Positions 36,517 through 50,342 of a stretch of DNA of 64,000 nt are shown here, piece by piece (position 1 is the first letter of the stretch; every line of letters begins with the position of its first letter). A program made the position numbers and the translations under genes. Under the pieces are notes generated by a model that ran no database searches, was not told the DNA's origin, and saw only the letters and a list, made by a program, of their open reading frames with translations. Origin of the DNA: Azolla caroliniana (Eukaryota > Plantae > Polypodiophyta); the NCBI GenBank assembly GCA_043228905.1, contig JBHGNT010000014.1, positions 5,332,001 to 5,396,000 of the forward strand. The letters are read 5' to 3'.

Positions 36517-39500
36517 TGTCGAATACATGTGTATAATGGACGTATTCAAACTATCCCGTTTTGGCCATTTATGTAATTAGCATAAAGGGTAGTTGCCCTA
36601 AGTCGGTCACTATATATAGTGACCTTGTAACCTTTTTGTAAGGTTGGGTGTTGTATTATTGCTTTATGGAATAAGGAGTCTTGTGTGCCTCTCTGTCTCT
36701 CTCTCTCTCTCTCTCTCTGTGCAACGACCTACAAACTGTCATACGCAGGTATTCAGAACACAATCAAATGCTACTTGATCTTCCGCACAGACGACTTTGT
36801 CTCCAACATCTGGTATCAGAGCCTGCACAGTAGTCGGTCCTTCAATCCGCTGTCGGCCGTCGTCTCAGCATTCGGTTTCCTGCGTCATTCGAAAAAGAGA
36901 GAAGAAGAAGAAAAACGAGGCCTGCATCTCATCGCGTTAGATCATCTTTGCTTGGAGTAAGCCAGCAGGTTGTACTCCGTTCCTTGTGATCGTAACCGCT
37001 CGAGGTGAAATCCCCTTGTGCAACTTTGACACGATCGTGCTCCATTCGGTTAAACGGCATCCGAAGAGGTCATCAAACGCTGCTCGCCGCTCGTTGTAAC
37101 CACTCGGTGCAGATCGGTCTCAAGACAACAACCCCAAATTCGTGCTTCATCTGGCTGATCGACATTCGGGAGGATCAGTTGGATCTGTCTCTCTCGTCGC
37201 TGCAGCCACCCGAAGCAGAATCGGTCCAGATAATCGGTTTCAATAATCGGTATTCGGCATATATATCCGAAGCGAACCGGGCTCACTCCGACTCGGCAAC
37301 ATTCGGGAAGACCAGTCGGTTCTGTCCCTCAAGTTACCGGAGTCAATTCGAGCAAGTTCCGAAGCCGAACCGACTCGGGTTCAAATCCGACTAGAACGAT
37401 ATCGGGTGAGCCAACTGGCTGCACTCCAACAAGGTTCGTAGTCAACTCCGAACCGAGCTTCGTCAACCAAAACCGAACTTGATGGCATCAACATCCGGCT
37501 CGTCAGAAATGAGTCTACGAAAGTTCGATGGATCGAACTTCAACTTCTGGAAGGAACAAATGCAGGACTATCTCATAGTCAAGGGGCAAATCGATCCCAT
37601 CGAAAATGAAGAACCTCCAGAAGGATACAAACCAATTGAGTGGCAGAAGCTGGACAGAATCGTCCGCGCCACGATTCGGATGCACCTATCGGAATCGGTA
37701 TACTTTACGGTGCAATCGTGTATGACAGCATTCGAACTGTGGAAAACACTGTCGGACACTTACGAAAAGAAGGTCGCCGCAACGAAGATGTTTCTGATCC
37801 GGCGCCTCTACAACTTGCGGATGAAAGAATCCGATTCGGTTCAAGCACATCTCAATGAGTACGAAAGCATAAGCTCCCAAATCTCATCTCAGGGGACGGC
37901 AATCGAGGATGAACTCAGAGCAATGATACTCATGAGCAGCCTTCCCTCATCATGGGAAACTTTCGTCACAACCGTGTGCAACGCGTCAACCACGGCTGTT
38001 AAATACTCCGAAGTCACGAGCGCAATCCTGACCGAAGCAGCTCGGAGAAAGTCTTTCGCCAAAGACTCAACAGACGACGCTTATGTAGTACAAGGTTCGA
38101 CAGACCGATCGAACATACGAGGAAGAGATTCCTCACGGCCGCCGAACAATCAGCGAAGACGGAGCCAGTCACGGGATAACCGAATCTGCAACTATTGCAA
38201 GAAACCCGGACACATCAAAGCCGACTGCCGCGCACTCAAGAACAAGAACAACAAGAAGAGTGGCCGGCATGAGGAGATCAATTACGTCAGCTTCTCAGCT
38301 GATGTACTACCGGACGACCCGAATATACTATCAATCGAAAATCCAGTCGGATCAGAAGTTCTACTCACGACTGAAGAATCGAGCACATGGCTCTTAGATT
38401 CGGGCGCGTCATTTCACGTGACTCCTCATCGATCCCAATTTCGGCAATATACGATCCGTCACTCCGACTCAGTTCGGGTCGGCAACTCGCAACACTATGA
38501 CATCATTGGAATCGGCACAGTAGAGCTCAACCTTGCAGGTGGCTCTACACTTGTACTTCACAATGTCCGACATGTACCCGAGCTCTCAAGGCCATTGATC
38601 TCAGTCGGACAACTAGATGAAGACAGCATTCGTGCCGGTTTTTCTTCGGGAGGGTGGACACTCCACAGGGGGAACCTCCTGCTTGCTAGAGGACCCAAGA
38701 TACACTCATTGTATCCGTTACATGTTACGCTCAGAGAGGGTAACCTGTTTTTGGTGGATATTCCTGTGTCATCACTATGGCACAGAAGATTAGGACACCT
38801 CAGCAAGGCCGGCATCACGCACCTATCTAGAGCCGGATACATCCCTAAACTCTCCTTCTCCGACCATCAATTCTGCGAGCATTGTTAGTATGGCAAACAA
38901 GCAGCCGCATCACACCCGACATCAGCACCAAGAGAAACGAGACCCCTCGATTTAGTCCACTCGGACGTCTGTGGCCCAATGCCGCATCAGTCTCTTGGTG
39001 GTGCCTCTTACTTCGTCAGTTTTATTGACGATTCGACTCGAAAGGTGTGGGCTTATCCAATTCGCACTAAAGATCGTGTCTTCTCGATCTTCACCGATTG
39101 GCTCGCTATGGTAGAAAATCAAACCGACCGAAAGCTGAAATGCTTTCGAACCGACAACGGGGGAGAGTTCAAATAAGAAGAATTCGTCAAATTCTGCCGA
39201 CAACGCGGCATCCGACGTGAATTTACGGCACCACACAGCCCGGAGCAAAACGGGATTGCCGAACGCATGAATCGCACAATCCAAGAACGGATAGTCTCCA
39301 TGCTCCAACACTCCGGACTGTCGGATGGCTTCTGGGCAGAGGCTCTACTCACGGCAGTACACATAATCAATATGTCGCCAAGTAGACCTCTAGGACTTCA
39401 AATTCCTCAGGAACTATGGATCGGCAGTAAGCCGAATTACGACAAGCTGAGGATCTTCGGATGCGAGGCGTACGCCCTCATTCCGAAAGATGATCGCCGA

Positions 39501-41980
39501 AAACTTGCACCTCGGTCCAGGAAATGCATTTTCCTCGGATATGGATCCGACGGCGAAATGGGATACCGACTCTGGGACCCCGAACGCAGACAAATCGTTC
39601 GAAGTTCGGACGTTGTGTTCAACGAGTCGGCTATGAATCCATCAGTCGAAAAACCGATCGAAGTCCGAAGGGTAACATTTTCCGATGTGCCGACCCTTCA
39701 AGAAGGCCCCGCTCTCAACACACGGTCAGCTTCACGGGTAGCTGAACCTTACACTACCGACTCGGACAACCCCGACTCGGCACAGCAGAACAATCCGCTT
39801 TCGGACCATCCGACCACGATACCCGATGCGACCAGTCCAATCATACCTCGACGATCCGAGAGATTGTCGCAACCTCCGGAGAGGTATTCTCCTGGAATTT
39901 TCTTCACCGACGCCGGCGAACCGACGTCTTACGAAGAAGCATCGACTTCTGTCGATTCAGCCACCTGGCATCTGGCGATGGAGTCGGAAATGCACTCCAT
40001 TCGGGCAAACAAGACCTGGGATCTGGTCGAATTACCTAAGAATCGACGTGCTCTTCCTTGCAAGTGGGTTTATCGACTAAAAGAGACGTCTGATTCGACC
40101 ACCCCAAAGTACAAGGCCAGATTAGTTGCGAAGGGCTTCCGACAAGAATATGGCGTCGACTTCGACGAGATTTTTTCACCAGTGGTGAAAATGACAACCC
40201 TTCGTTTTCTACTCGGCGTAGTGGCAGCCGACAACTTGGAGCTGATTCAGCTAGATGTCAAAACAGCCTTCCTCCATGGTGATCTCGAGGAGGAAATTTA
40301 TATGGAGCAGCCAAAAGGCTTCGTGGCAACTGGCCAAGAACATCTAGTCTGCCGCCTCAGGAAGAGTCTATACGGCCTCAAACAGGCACCGCGACAATGG
40401 TACAAGAAGTTCGACGACTTCATCCAATCGATCGGCTTCTCAAAAAGCGATGAGGACCATTGTCTCTTTACCAACACAGCTCAAGATGGATCACCCATCT
40501 TCCTCATCATTTACGTGGACGACATGCTAATTTCTGGACGCCACGCGGGCGAACTTGCCGATCTCATTCGGCAACTGCGGTTGAAGTTTGCCATGAAGGA
40601 CCTCGGTCCGGCACGACACATCCTTGGCATGAAGATTAGTCGGCATCGCGATAAACGACATCTTTTTTTGTCTCAGACCGACTATATCGGACGTGTCTTG
40701 GAACGCTTCAACATGAAATCAGCCAAATCTGCTTCAACCCCGCTCCCCATGAATCTTCGGCTCTCTCAGCGAGACTGCCCGACATCCGGTCCGGAGGGGG
40801 AAGATATGAAGTCGGTACCGTATGCACCGGCAGTCGGCTCCCTTATGTACCTGATGGTCGCGACACGGCCTGATATCTCTCATGCCGTAGGAGTCGTTAG
40901 CAGATTTATGCACAATCCTGGCCGATCGCATTGGAACGCAGTCAAGCATGTGTTCAGATATCTGGCTGGCACAAAAGACCACGGCATTCTTTTCGGTCCG
41001 AACCGAACCTCAGGCGTAGTCGGTTACACCGACTCGGATTTCGCCGGCTGTATAGACAGTCGGAAATCAACAACCGGATACTGCTTCAAATTCGGCAATG
41101 GAGCAATCTCGTGGAAGTCGAAACTTCAGGAGTGCACAGCGACCTCAACGACCGAAGCAGAATATGTAGCTGCGTCCGACGCAGCAAAAGAAGCTTTGTG
41201 GCTCGGTCGGCTGGCGCACACGTTTCGACAAGTCGACCATGACTCGGCCCCAGTTGTCTACAGCGACAGTCAAGGTGCTGTTGCCTTGTCAAAAAATCCG
41301 GTTCACCACAACGCCTCCAAACATATCGACGTTCGATATCACTTCGTTCGGGACTGCGTCATCTCAGGGAAAATCGGTCTAGAGAAAATATCCACAACCG
41401 ACAATGTCGCAGATGGAATGACCAAGTGTCTTTCGGCAGACCGCTTTCGGTCTCTTCGGCATCAGATGGGCGTAACGACAAACCAGTCCGGTTAGAGCCG
41501 GACACAGCGCAGGATGGTTTCCGACAACCGACATCAGTTCCTTAATGATCGGCTTCAACTGTTCCGACCCGACCAGTTCGGTCTTCTGCATTCGGACCCT
41601 GCCGACTCGAACAAAGCTGATATGTCCGAGAACCTAAGTCTATACCTGTAATCTTAGATAACCCATGTATACGCCCATTACGGGGGAGTGTCGAATACAT
41701 GTGTATAATGGACGTATTCACACTATCCCGTTTTGGCCATTTATGTAATTAGCATAAAGGGTAGTTGCCCTAAGTCGGTCACTATATATAGTGACCTTGT
41801 AACCTTTTTGTAAGGTTGGGTGTTGTATTATTGCTTTATGGAATAAGGAGTCTTGTGTGCCTCTCTGTCTCTCTCTCTCTCTCTCTCTCTGTGCAACGAC
41901 CTACAAACTGTCATACGCAGGTATTCAGAACACAATCAAATGCTACTTGATCTTCCGCACAGACGACTTTGTCTCCAACA
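36517..41980 (+). mobile_element. Young full-length Ty1/copia element 'D'
   Basis: 292-bp LTRs 36517-36808 and 41689-41980 (one difference seen). PBS 36811-36822. PPT GGGGGAG. TSD AAACC. Confidence 0.98.
37482..41495 (+). pseudogene. copia gag-pol polyprotein of element D with two in-frame stops (38886 TAG, 39174 TAA)
   Basis: KFDGSNF, CNYCKKPGHIKADC, WLLDSGAS, HSDVCGP, QLDVKTAFL, IYVDD and YTDSDFAG, all in one frame. Confidence 0.95.
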
Positions 41981-42646
41981 AAACCGAGTGAGACGAATAA
42001 ACCAAGGATGTGCAACATTGCACATACACTTAGCAAATAATCCTCCTAAAGCCTAGTGGCACTTGAGTTCATACAGAGGGGTGCAAGCAAGGTTTGAACC
42101 TTGCACCTCTAAGATACAAGATAATTGCCTTACCACTAGGACAACTATCATATAGTGTAGATTTTATGTATTTACTTTTCATATATGAATTATAGATGAA
42201 ACAAAACCATGTGCACAAAACCATGGTTCTAAACCCATGGTTTGTGCATGGCATAAGCAAAACCGTGTGCACAAAACCATGGTTTTAGCCCATGGTTTTG
42301 TGCATGTCACAAGCATGGAAAGACTTATAAAAGCCTCTAGTTGGGCTTGTGTAAGGGGGGCTCAATATGTGATATCACCAACACCATTATCATCAATATA
42401 ATTATATTTGTCTTTATCTTCTTCATATTTTTCTACTTCTCAAGTGTACAATCTTTCTTCTTCTCAAGTGAACAAATTTCATCTAATCTTACATTGATCG
42501 TCATCTCTTCGATAATTCTGCGAACATCCTCCCCAGTCCAAGACCCCGATGGTCACTCGAGTAGCACACACACGCGCGAATCTTCACGATAGTGCAAGTC
42601 TCGACCGCGCAGTTGTCCGCACACACGCGCAGTCGTCCACACACAT

Positions 42647-43100
42647 TGTTACGGGCATGACCATTTAATATCCCGTGGTGAGAATTTACCGTAGTATTCT
42701 ATACACATGGATAAGTGTGAGGGTTAAACGAGAGTGTAAAGAAGGGGAGGATTACTTTTAATCCTCAGGATTGAGACAACCCCTTAGGCCAAGTGTGAAC
42801 TTGCCTGGGGGCCTTGGGTATCGCTATAAATAAGAGGCCTAGCTACCCTCATTTGATCATCTTTTTGACTACATCGAGACTCTGCTCTTGTGGTGGGTCA
42901 ACTCTTGTAGCGAGCGCGCCAGCACCAGGTACGACTCGACGCCACGACGGTGGTATGGGATGCCGATCGAGGCTCGAGTCCGTCTCGATCCCTTCGCTCG
43001 GGGGTGGTCGGGTGGATTGACAACCTTCTTTCTCTTTCTCCTTTCTATCTATCATTACTTTATCCTTATCTTAAGCTTACTTTAGTACCTAGATCTCTAA
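42647..43100 (+). repeat. Possible additional LTR fragment
   Basis: Starts TGTTACGG, contains CTATAAATA, differs in composition from flanks. Right end unresolved. Confidence 0.35.
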
Positions 43101-44842
43101 GCTGTACGCCGTGATGCAATATCATTTGAGCCATTTATCCACACAGTTTAGCGCTCACACACACGCGCGTCCCAACCGAGCTGTGTACGCATCCGCACGC
43201 ACGCCTACACACACGCACATCCCGACTGAACCATACGTTGTGACGCAATATCATTTGAGCCATTCATCCACACAGTTTAGCCCAAGTCACCTTGAACATT
43301 CTGTGTTTCACACATAGACATAAAGTAATAGGTTTTGGCTCTCCTTATATAATATGGGATCCAATGTTGTCCTATCTATGTGGGATATCTCACAATTTTG
43401 TTTTTCCCAATATTCTCAAACTTCACACTCACATAACTTGATACTTGTTTATCCATTTCATGTGTAGTAAAATACATTATGAAGCTCTTGAAGACATCTA
43501 TCTTTCCATATCAATACATTAAGCTAATCTTAAATAATTATTTTACTATTTTTTATATCGTGTGTGAAGAACCACATGACAACGAAAACCATCGAGGAAC
43601 CTTCAGAAGAAGGGGGAGCTTCCATTCCGGTCTGAGCCAACAAACCTCGATCAAATGCAGTTATTGTGGAAAAGTCGGCCACCATGAAGAAGAGTGCCGA
43701 AAGAAGAAGCGCGAGTCAGCTTCCACAAGCCGACAACTCACCAATTACGCCACCAACTCCGACTATGAAGATCATGGCGGAATGTTTGTAATGAAACATA
43801 GAGCAAATTCTATGCTGGCCTCTACTTTGACTAATGCCTCCAATCCGGAAGATGTATGGTTCGTCGACTCTGGTGCTTCGAACCATATGATGTCCCATCA
43901 AGAATGGTTCAAAGACCTTCGAGAGCCGGATAGATCCGGTTATGTCGAGACTGGAGACGACACCACTCATCCGATTCGGCATGTCGGCAATGTCCCATTC
44001 GGGAAAGAAGGTGAACAAACTTGCATAAAAAAGGTCTTACATGTACCCACCATAACGAAGAATTTGGTCTTAGTCCGCCAAATTGTGGAGCAAGGGATGC
44101 AAGTTCGATTCAACCAAGGAGGTTGCTTCATCAAGAAGGAAGGCCGACTAATTACTCGTGGTCGAAGGGAAGGCCGAATGTTTATCCTCGAAGTGAACGA
44201 GGTAAAATCGGCCATGTTTGCAAAGGGCCTCAAATTCAACACCGACATAGAGCTATGGCATAAAAGAATCGACCATATCAATCTCAACAAACTCAAGGTG
44301 ATGCAATCGAAAGGAGTCGTCATCGGGCTCCCGACCTTCAAAGAGAAAGAGATTGAAGGAGTATGTGAAACATGCCAATTCGCCAAGCAACATCGGCACC
44401 CGTTCCCGAAGGAGAGGAACGTGAGCAAAGGCCTATTGGACGTAGTCCACTTGGATGTGTGGGGACCGGCACAAACGGCTACGTTCGAAGGATGTCGATA
44501 CTATGTTACCTTCATCGATGACTTCCAAAAATTCAAAAGCGAAGTTGAAAAGAAAACTGGGCGTCATGTACGATGTCTTCGGTCAAACAGAGGAAATGAA
44601 TACTTCTTCGATGCGTTCATGGCAAACCTTCGACAAGAAGGAATTCGGTGAGAATTCACTTGCCGACACACACCGCAACAAAACGGTGTAGCCGAATGCA
44701 AGAATCGGCACATCCTCGAAGTAGCAAGGGCCATGCTAAATGAGAAGCATATGCCCAAGTCGTCTACCTCATGAACCGGTGCACAACATCCGGAGTGCAT
44801 GCGGTCACCCCGCATGAGAAATACTATGGGAAGAAGCCGGAT

Positions 44843-47800
44843 TGTAAAAAGTAACGTGTGGAAGCAAGTATGAAGACCGAACAGAAGGAATAAAACTCAG
44901 GTTTAATGGAGAGCTTGAGCTTACGCAGTATACGCGGGAGGGACAGAGAGAGTGAGAGAGAGAAAACACAAGAACTATATTCAACAAAAGATCTCGATTC
45001 ACTACTCTATACATATGTGTGTTTCATGAACACTTTTATACAAGTCCTCGAAGGACTGACCGAAGTACTGACCGTACTTCAATGCTCTTTAAGAGCTCCT
45101 ACACTAACTCCCAAATATATTCCTCACGGAATATCTTTCCTAACGGCCTCCTGGTTTACGCATTCGGCCTAACCGATCGGTCCCAACCGATCTGGTCCTC
45201 GGCTTCTTCAGCCGATCCGACCGATGTTGAGCTTGTCTCTCAACACTCCCCCTCAAGCTCAACTCGAGGCTCTTCGGGATCCTCGGGCTCACAGCTCCGG
45301 TTCCTCCTGGCTTCACGCCTCGCTCGCGCTCCTCGACTTGTTCGACTCCGCACGCTTCGACCCTTCCGGTCGGCTTGTCTGCTCATGCGGCCCATATAAG
45401 CTCTTCTGTTGTTGCGGTGTTGACGCTTCTCCTGCTGCCTTTTCTTCCGCTTGGGCCTCGGTTGATTCAGCGTATCTGAATCAAACATCCGAACCGACTC
45501 GGCTACCTCCGATCGGTTTTCGCTCCCGTCCGAGTTGGCTGTCTCCAACTCGTCTTCGGTCTTCTCGCCCTTGGTGGCGTCATCTTCCCCATGTGTGGTT
45601 GGCTTCGGCTCTCTCCTTCGGTTGCTCCCCTTCTGTCCGCTTTCAGACTTTTCCGCAAGTCCGCCCTCGGCTTCTTCAGCTGATCTGAAGTCGAACTCGA
45701 CAACCGAGTCAACAACCGAGTCAACCGACTCGGTGTCGCGGCCTCCGCTTCTTTCCTGCTGCTTTTCTTGGTCGTTTGGGACTGTTCTCCCCCTCAAGTT
45801 TGGCACATCGAGGTGACGCAATCCTAGCGCACCGGAGAATTGCCGCAACTTGTCCAAACCAAGGGGCTTAGTGAAGATGTCGGCAATCTGCCGATCCGTC
45901 GGAACGTACTGAAGTTCGACTTCACCGGAAAGGACACGCTCACGGACGAAATGGTAGTGCACCTCAATGTGCTTGGTCCGTGCGTGGAAAACGCGGTTTT
46001 TCGCGAGCTGGATGCTGCTGAGGTTGTTGCAGTAGATTGTCATCGGATCTGACACCTCCTCTTGTAGGTCCTTAAGTAGCCGCTTCAACCATATGGCTTC
46101 GCAGGTCGCAACAGCCGCTCCTCGGTACTCAGCTTCGGTGCTCGACAGTGCAATTGTCGGCTGCTTCTTACTGCTCCACGCGATCGCGGCACTCCCGAGG
46201 GAGAACGCGCATCCGGACCTGGATCGACGATCGGTGGCGTTGCCAGCCCAATCAGCATCGGTGTAGCCAAACAACTGCGAGGATGTACCGGTCCAATATA
46301 GCAGTCCCCGGTCCTTAGAGCCGCTTACGTACTGCAGTACACGTTGCACACACTGAAGGTGCTCCTCGGTAGGTCGCGCCATGAACTGACTGATCACCCC
46401 GACCAGATAACTGAGATCGGGTCAGGTGATTGTCAAGTAGATAAGGCTTCCAACAATTTGTCGAAACCTCGTCAGGTCGCATACCTTTCCGGAATTGGGG
46501 CGAAGCTTGAGGTTCTATCCAGAGGAGTCAAGACAGACTTACAGTCGGCCATCCCGAATTTGAAGAGCATACTCAACACATAATGGCGTTGGTTGATCAA
46601 TATGCCTTCGGGGGTACGGATCACTTCGATCTCGAGGAAGTAATGAAGGTCCCCCAGATCCTTCATGTCGAACGATGCCGCAAGCTGGAGCTTCACGCGG
46701 TCGATTTCACGTAGGTCGGCGCCGGTGATGACCAAGTCATCAACATATAGTAAAATACTAACCGGTCCGAGTCGACCTTTCCGGATGAACAGGGAAGAGT
46801 CCGATTTTGACGTGATGAAGCCCATCCGACGCAGTTGTTGCGTGATCTTCACGTTCCAGGCACGCGGGGCTTGCTTCAGTCCGTAAAGGGACTTCTTCGG
46901 TCGGCATACTGCCGAGGAGTTCGTTCCAGAGTGAAATCCGGGGGGCTGTACCATGTACACCTATTCCTCAAGGTCACCTTGCAGGAACGCATTCTTTACA
47001 TCCATCTGATGTAAGTGCCACTCCTTCACCGTAGCTACTGCGAGCAAAACACGGACGGTCGTCATTTTCATGACCGGCGCAAACGTCTCATTGTAGTCGA
47101 TGCCGTGTTTTTGCGCGTAGCCCTTTGCCACTAGCCGAGCCTTGTACACCCACCTACACCCGATCGGTTTTACCCCTCTTGGTGCGTTAACCAGGCCCCA
47201 TGTCTCGTTCTCCGCCAATGCGTGCATCTCTTCCTCCATCGCGACACGCCAATTCACGTCTTTAGCCGCTTCTGCGTAGCTCTCCGGCTCACGCACTTCC
47301 GCTACACGGGTCATGTACGCATAATGATGCACCATGTACTCGTTGTATCCAAACCGCAAAACAAGATTCTTCTGGCGGGTAGATCGGCGTAATCTCACAT
47401 TAGCCGATGTCGAGGCCTTCTCGGTCAGCGCGGTCTTCACCTTTAAAGACCCGTCACCGGTTCCCTTGGAGTCAGACTCGCATCGGTCAGACTCGTTCCT
47501 ATCCGTGCCGGAATCCGACACCTTCTTCTTCCCTTTCTCTTTGCGCGTAAGCCATCTCCTCGGCTTCCTGCGCGGGGAATGCACAGCCGAGTCTCCACTA
47601 CTTGCCGGCTCTTCATCGGACTGGTCGTACTGACTCAGTTGTCCAATCGGTCCACTTAAACGGAGTGAAATCGGACTGTCTTCGCGGGTCTCGATTTCGG
47701 GCTCATCCGGAGGCATCTCGGCCTCGTTGACCTCATCGTCAGAGCTCGGATTGGGGGCAGGGTTCAGAGTCGGGGGTAGGTACCAGGATGCGGACTTGTC

Positions 47801-50337
47801 AAACACAACGTCGCGGCTGACACGCGCTTGTTTGGTGCGAGGGTTATAGCACTTATAACCCTTCTGCTCGTCCGAGTAACCGACCAAGATGCATTTCTCA
47901 GCCTTTGCATCCAGCTTCCTCCTTTTCTCCTTCGGTACATGCACATACGCAATGCTACTGAACACCCTCAAGTGTCGCAAGTTCGGCTTCGTTCCGAAAT
48001 ACGCTCGTGCGCCGACACTTTGTCTCCGATCCGGTTCTGGATGTATACCGTGGTCCTTACCGCCTCGGCCCAGTAGAACTTGGGCAAGCGCTTCTCCTCC
48101 AGCATTGCCAGTGCCGCTTCCACAACTGACCGATTCTTCCTCTCGGCCATGCCGTTCTGCTCCGACGTGTATCTACAACTGAATTCGCGCCGAATTCCCA
48201 TTTGTTGTAGATAACCGTTGAATTGTCCGGAGAAGTACTCTTTCCCGCCATCCGACCGCAGACTAACGTTTTGTGCCGGCCCCCATACATCGGAGTGTAT
48301 AAGGTCGAGCTTGTTCCGGCTCCGGTTTTGCTCGTTTGGGAAAGGAAGTCGGTGTTGCTTCCCGAGTTGGCAGGCTTCACAAATTTGTGCCTTTCGACGC
48401 CTAAATTTGGGCAATCCGAACACTACCTGTTTTGATTGTAGATCTTGAAGCCGCTGGTAGTTGACGTGGCCTATCCGCTTGTGCCACAAGTTGATGTCCG
48501 ACTTGGTTTTTCTTCCCTTCGCGAACATTGCGGTGCCGCCGTCAGTGGAGTCGAGGATGAACATCCTCCCGTCTTTGCGCCCTTGCGCAATCACATGGCC
48601 TTCTTCCTCAATGAAGCACCCGAGGTGTGTAAACCGAACCTCCATCCCTTGGTCGACGATCTGTCCGACCGAGACCAAGTTCTTCGTGATTGTCAGAACG
48701 TGCAACACGTTCATGAGTTTCCCTTTCTGCTCGACATGGCTAAGGGGAACTTCTCCGACATTCGCGATCGGATGCAGAGTGTCGTCTCCAGTTGTGACTA
48801 CTCCAGGTTGTATCGGTTTTTCAAGGTACGAGAACCACTCCTTATGGCTCGTCATGTGGTTTGATGCGCCGGAGTCTACGTACCACACCTCGTCCGATCT
48901 CGGGGTGATCCGTTTCATTGACTTTGCTTCGTGTCTCGTCACGAAGGCAGACCCTTCTCTGGCTCTCCCGAAGTCTTCGACGTAGTGTGATCGCTGCCGA
49001 TTTCCCTTGTCGGTATGTCCGGAGCCGTTTCTGGAACCGGTTCTCTCCGAATCGGCGCGCTTCTTCCATCACTCACTTTCCTTGTGGCCTTTCTTGCCAC
49101 AGTACCAGTACTCCGCGATGGCCTTCCCTTGCCGGTTCTCATCGCTTCGACTCCCCCTGTTTCCGGAGGGTTCAGAGTTGCTGTCGGCATCACTTCGGTG
49201 CCTTCTTCCTTGATCTCGTCGGCCGCCTCCATTGCACGCCGACTCGCCTCGTCCTCCACGTCCACGGGGCCTATCTCCCTCCGTGTACAACATTCTAATG
49301 TCGGTGTGCGTGCTTGTAGACGCACCCGCGTGGTTCTCCTCTACCAGGAGCATTGACTGTAAGTCGAAAAAGGACGACATATTCTCCTGGGTACACACAG
49401 CCGTCCGGAACGCTCCGAACTTCGACGCCAAACCTCCGAGACAGATCTGGACCATCTCGCTCTCCTCGATGTTCACCTCTATGGAGACGAGGGAGTCGCA
49501 GATATCCTTGATCTTCGAGGTATAGTCCGCCACCGACAAGTCGCGTTATCGTAGGTTGCTTAACTCCTGTCGGAGCTGAAGCTTCCTGGCTGTGGTGCTC
49601 ACGGCGAAGATCTTCTTCAGATTTTCCCACACCCTTCGGCGTCTTTGCATCCCGAACATAGCTTAATAGCTGTTCGCCCACACACGACGCGAAGCAGTAT
49701 AATACCCTGCTCGCCGATTGCTCCCACGACGGGAAGTCTCTGTGTGTCGATTCGGGTGCCGCGTCATTAGCTCCTTCGACATAACTTCTTGTAAGACCAA
49801 GACACGTAGTTGGTTCTGTCGAGCTTCTTTGTTGGAAGCGAGCTCGCCATGCCTCTATCAATCGTTCTTCTTGTTCTTCTTCGTCAAGCTGTGTCGGCTG
49901 CAGAGAGGTTCTCAACCCTCGCGCTCTGATACCATGTAAAAAGTAACGTGCGGAAGCAAGTATGAAGACCGAACAGAAGGAATAAAACTCAGGTTTAATG
50001 GAGAGCTTGAGCTTACGCAGTATACGCGGGAGGGACAGAGAGAGTGAGAGAGAGAAAACACAAGAACTATATTCAAAAAAAGATCTCGATTCACTACTCT
50101 ATACATATGTGTGTTCCATGAACACTTTTATACAAGTCCTCGAAGGACTGACCGAAGTACTGACTGTACTTCAATGCTCTTTAAGAGCTCCTACACTAAC
50201 TCCCAAATATATTCCTCACGGAATATCTTTCCTAACGGCCTCCCGGTTTATGCATTCGGCCTAATCGATCGGTCCCAACCGATCCGGTCCTCGGCTTCTT
50301 CAGCCGATCCGGCCGATGTTGAGCTTGTCTCTCAACA
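44843..50337 (-). mobile_element. Full-length degenerate Ty1/copia element 'E' (A family) inserted in B integrase
   Basis: 403-bp LTRs 44843-45245 and 49935-50337 with several substitutions. PBS 49934-49923. PPT from 45246. TSD CGGAT. Confidence 0.97.
45240..49850 (-). pseudogene. copia gag-pol of element E (frameshifts, internal deletions, charged tail)
   Basis: ORF pieces 49069-49539, 47968-48942, 46961-47980, 46472-46960 and 45240-46397. Confidence 0.92.
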
Positions 50338-50342
50338 CGGAT

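Larger units (their letters stand above)
36484..42591 (+). mobile_element. Second TGTCATGA-type solo LTR (about 640 bp net), interrupted by element D
   Basis: Start TGTCATGACG..GTGTGAAACC resembles 57925. End ATCTTCACGATA resembles ATCTTCATGACA. Flanks GCGC/GTGC. Confidence 0.6.
35865..43581 (-). mobile_element. TGTCGTGA...CATGACA solo-LTR-like element inserted in B gag, itself containing insertions
   Basis: 35865-36080 is reverse-homologous to 59520-59460 and 58620-58490. Ends CATGACA at 43581. Flanks ACGG/ACGA. B gag reads through when it is removed. Confidence 0.7.
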
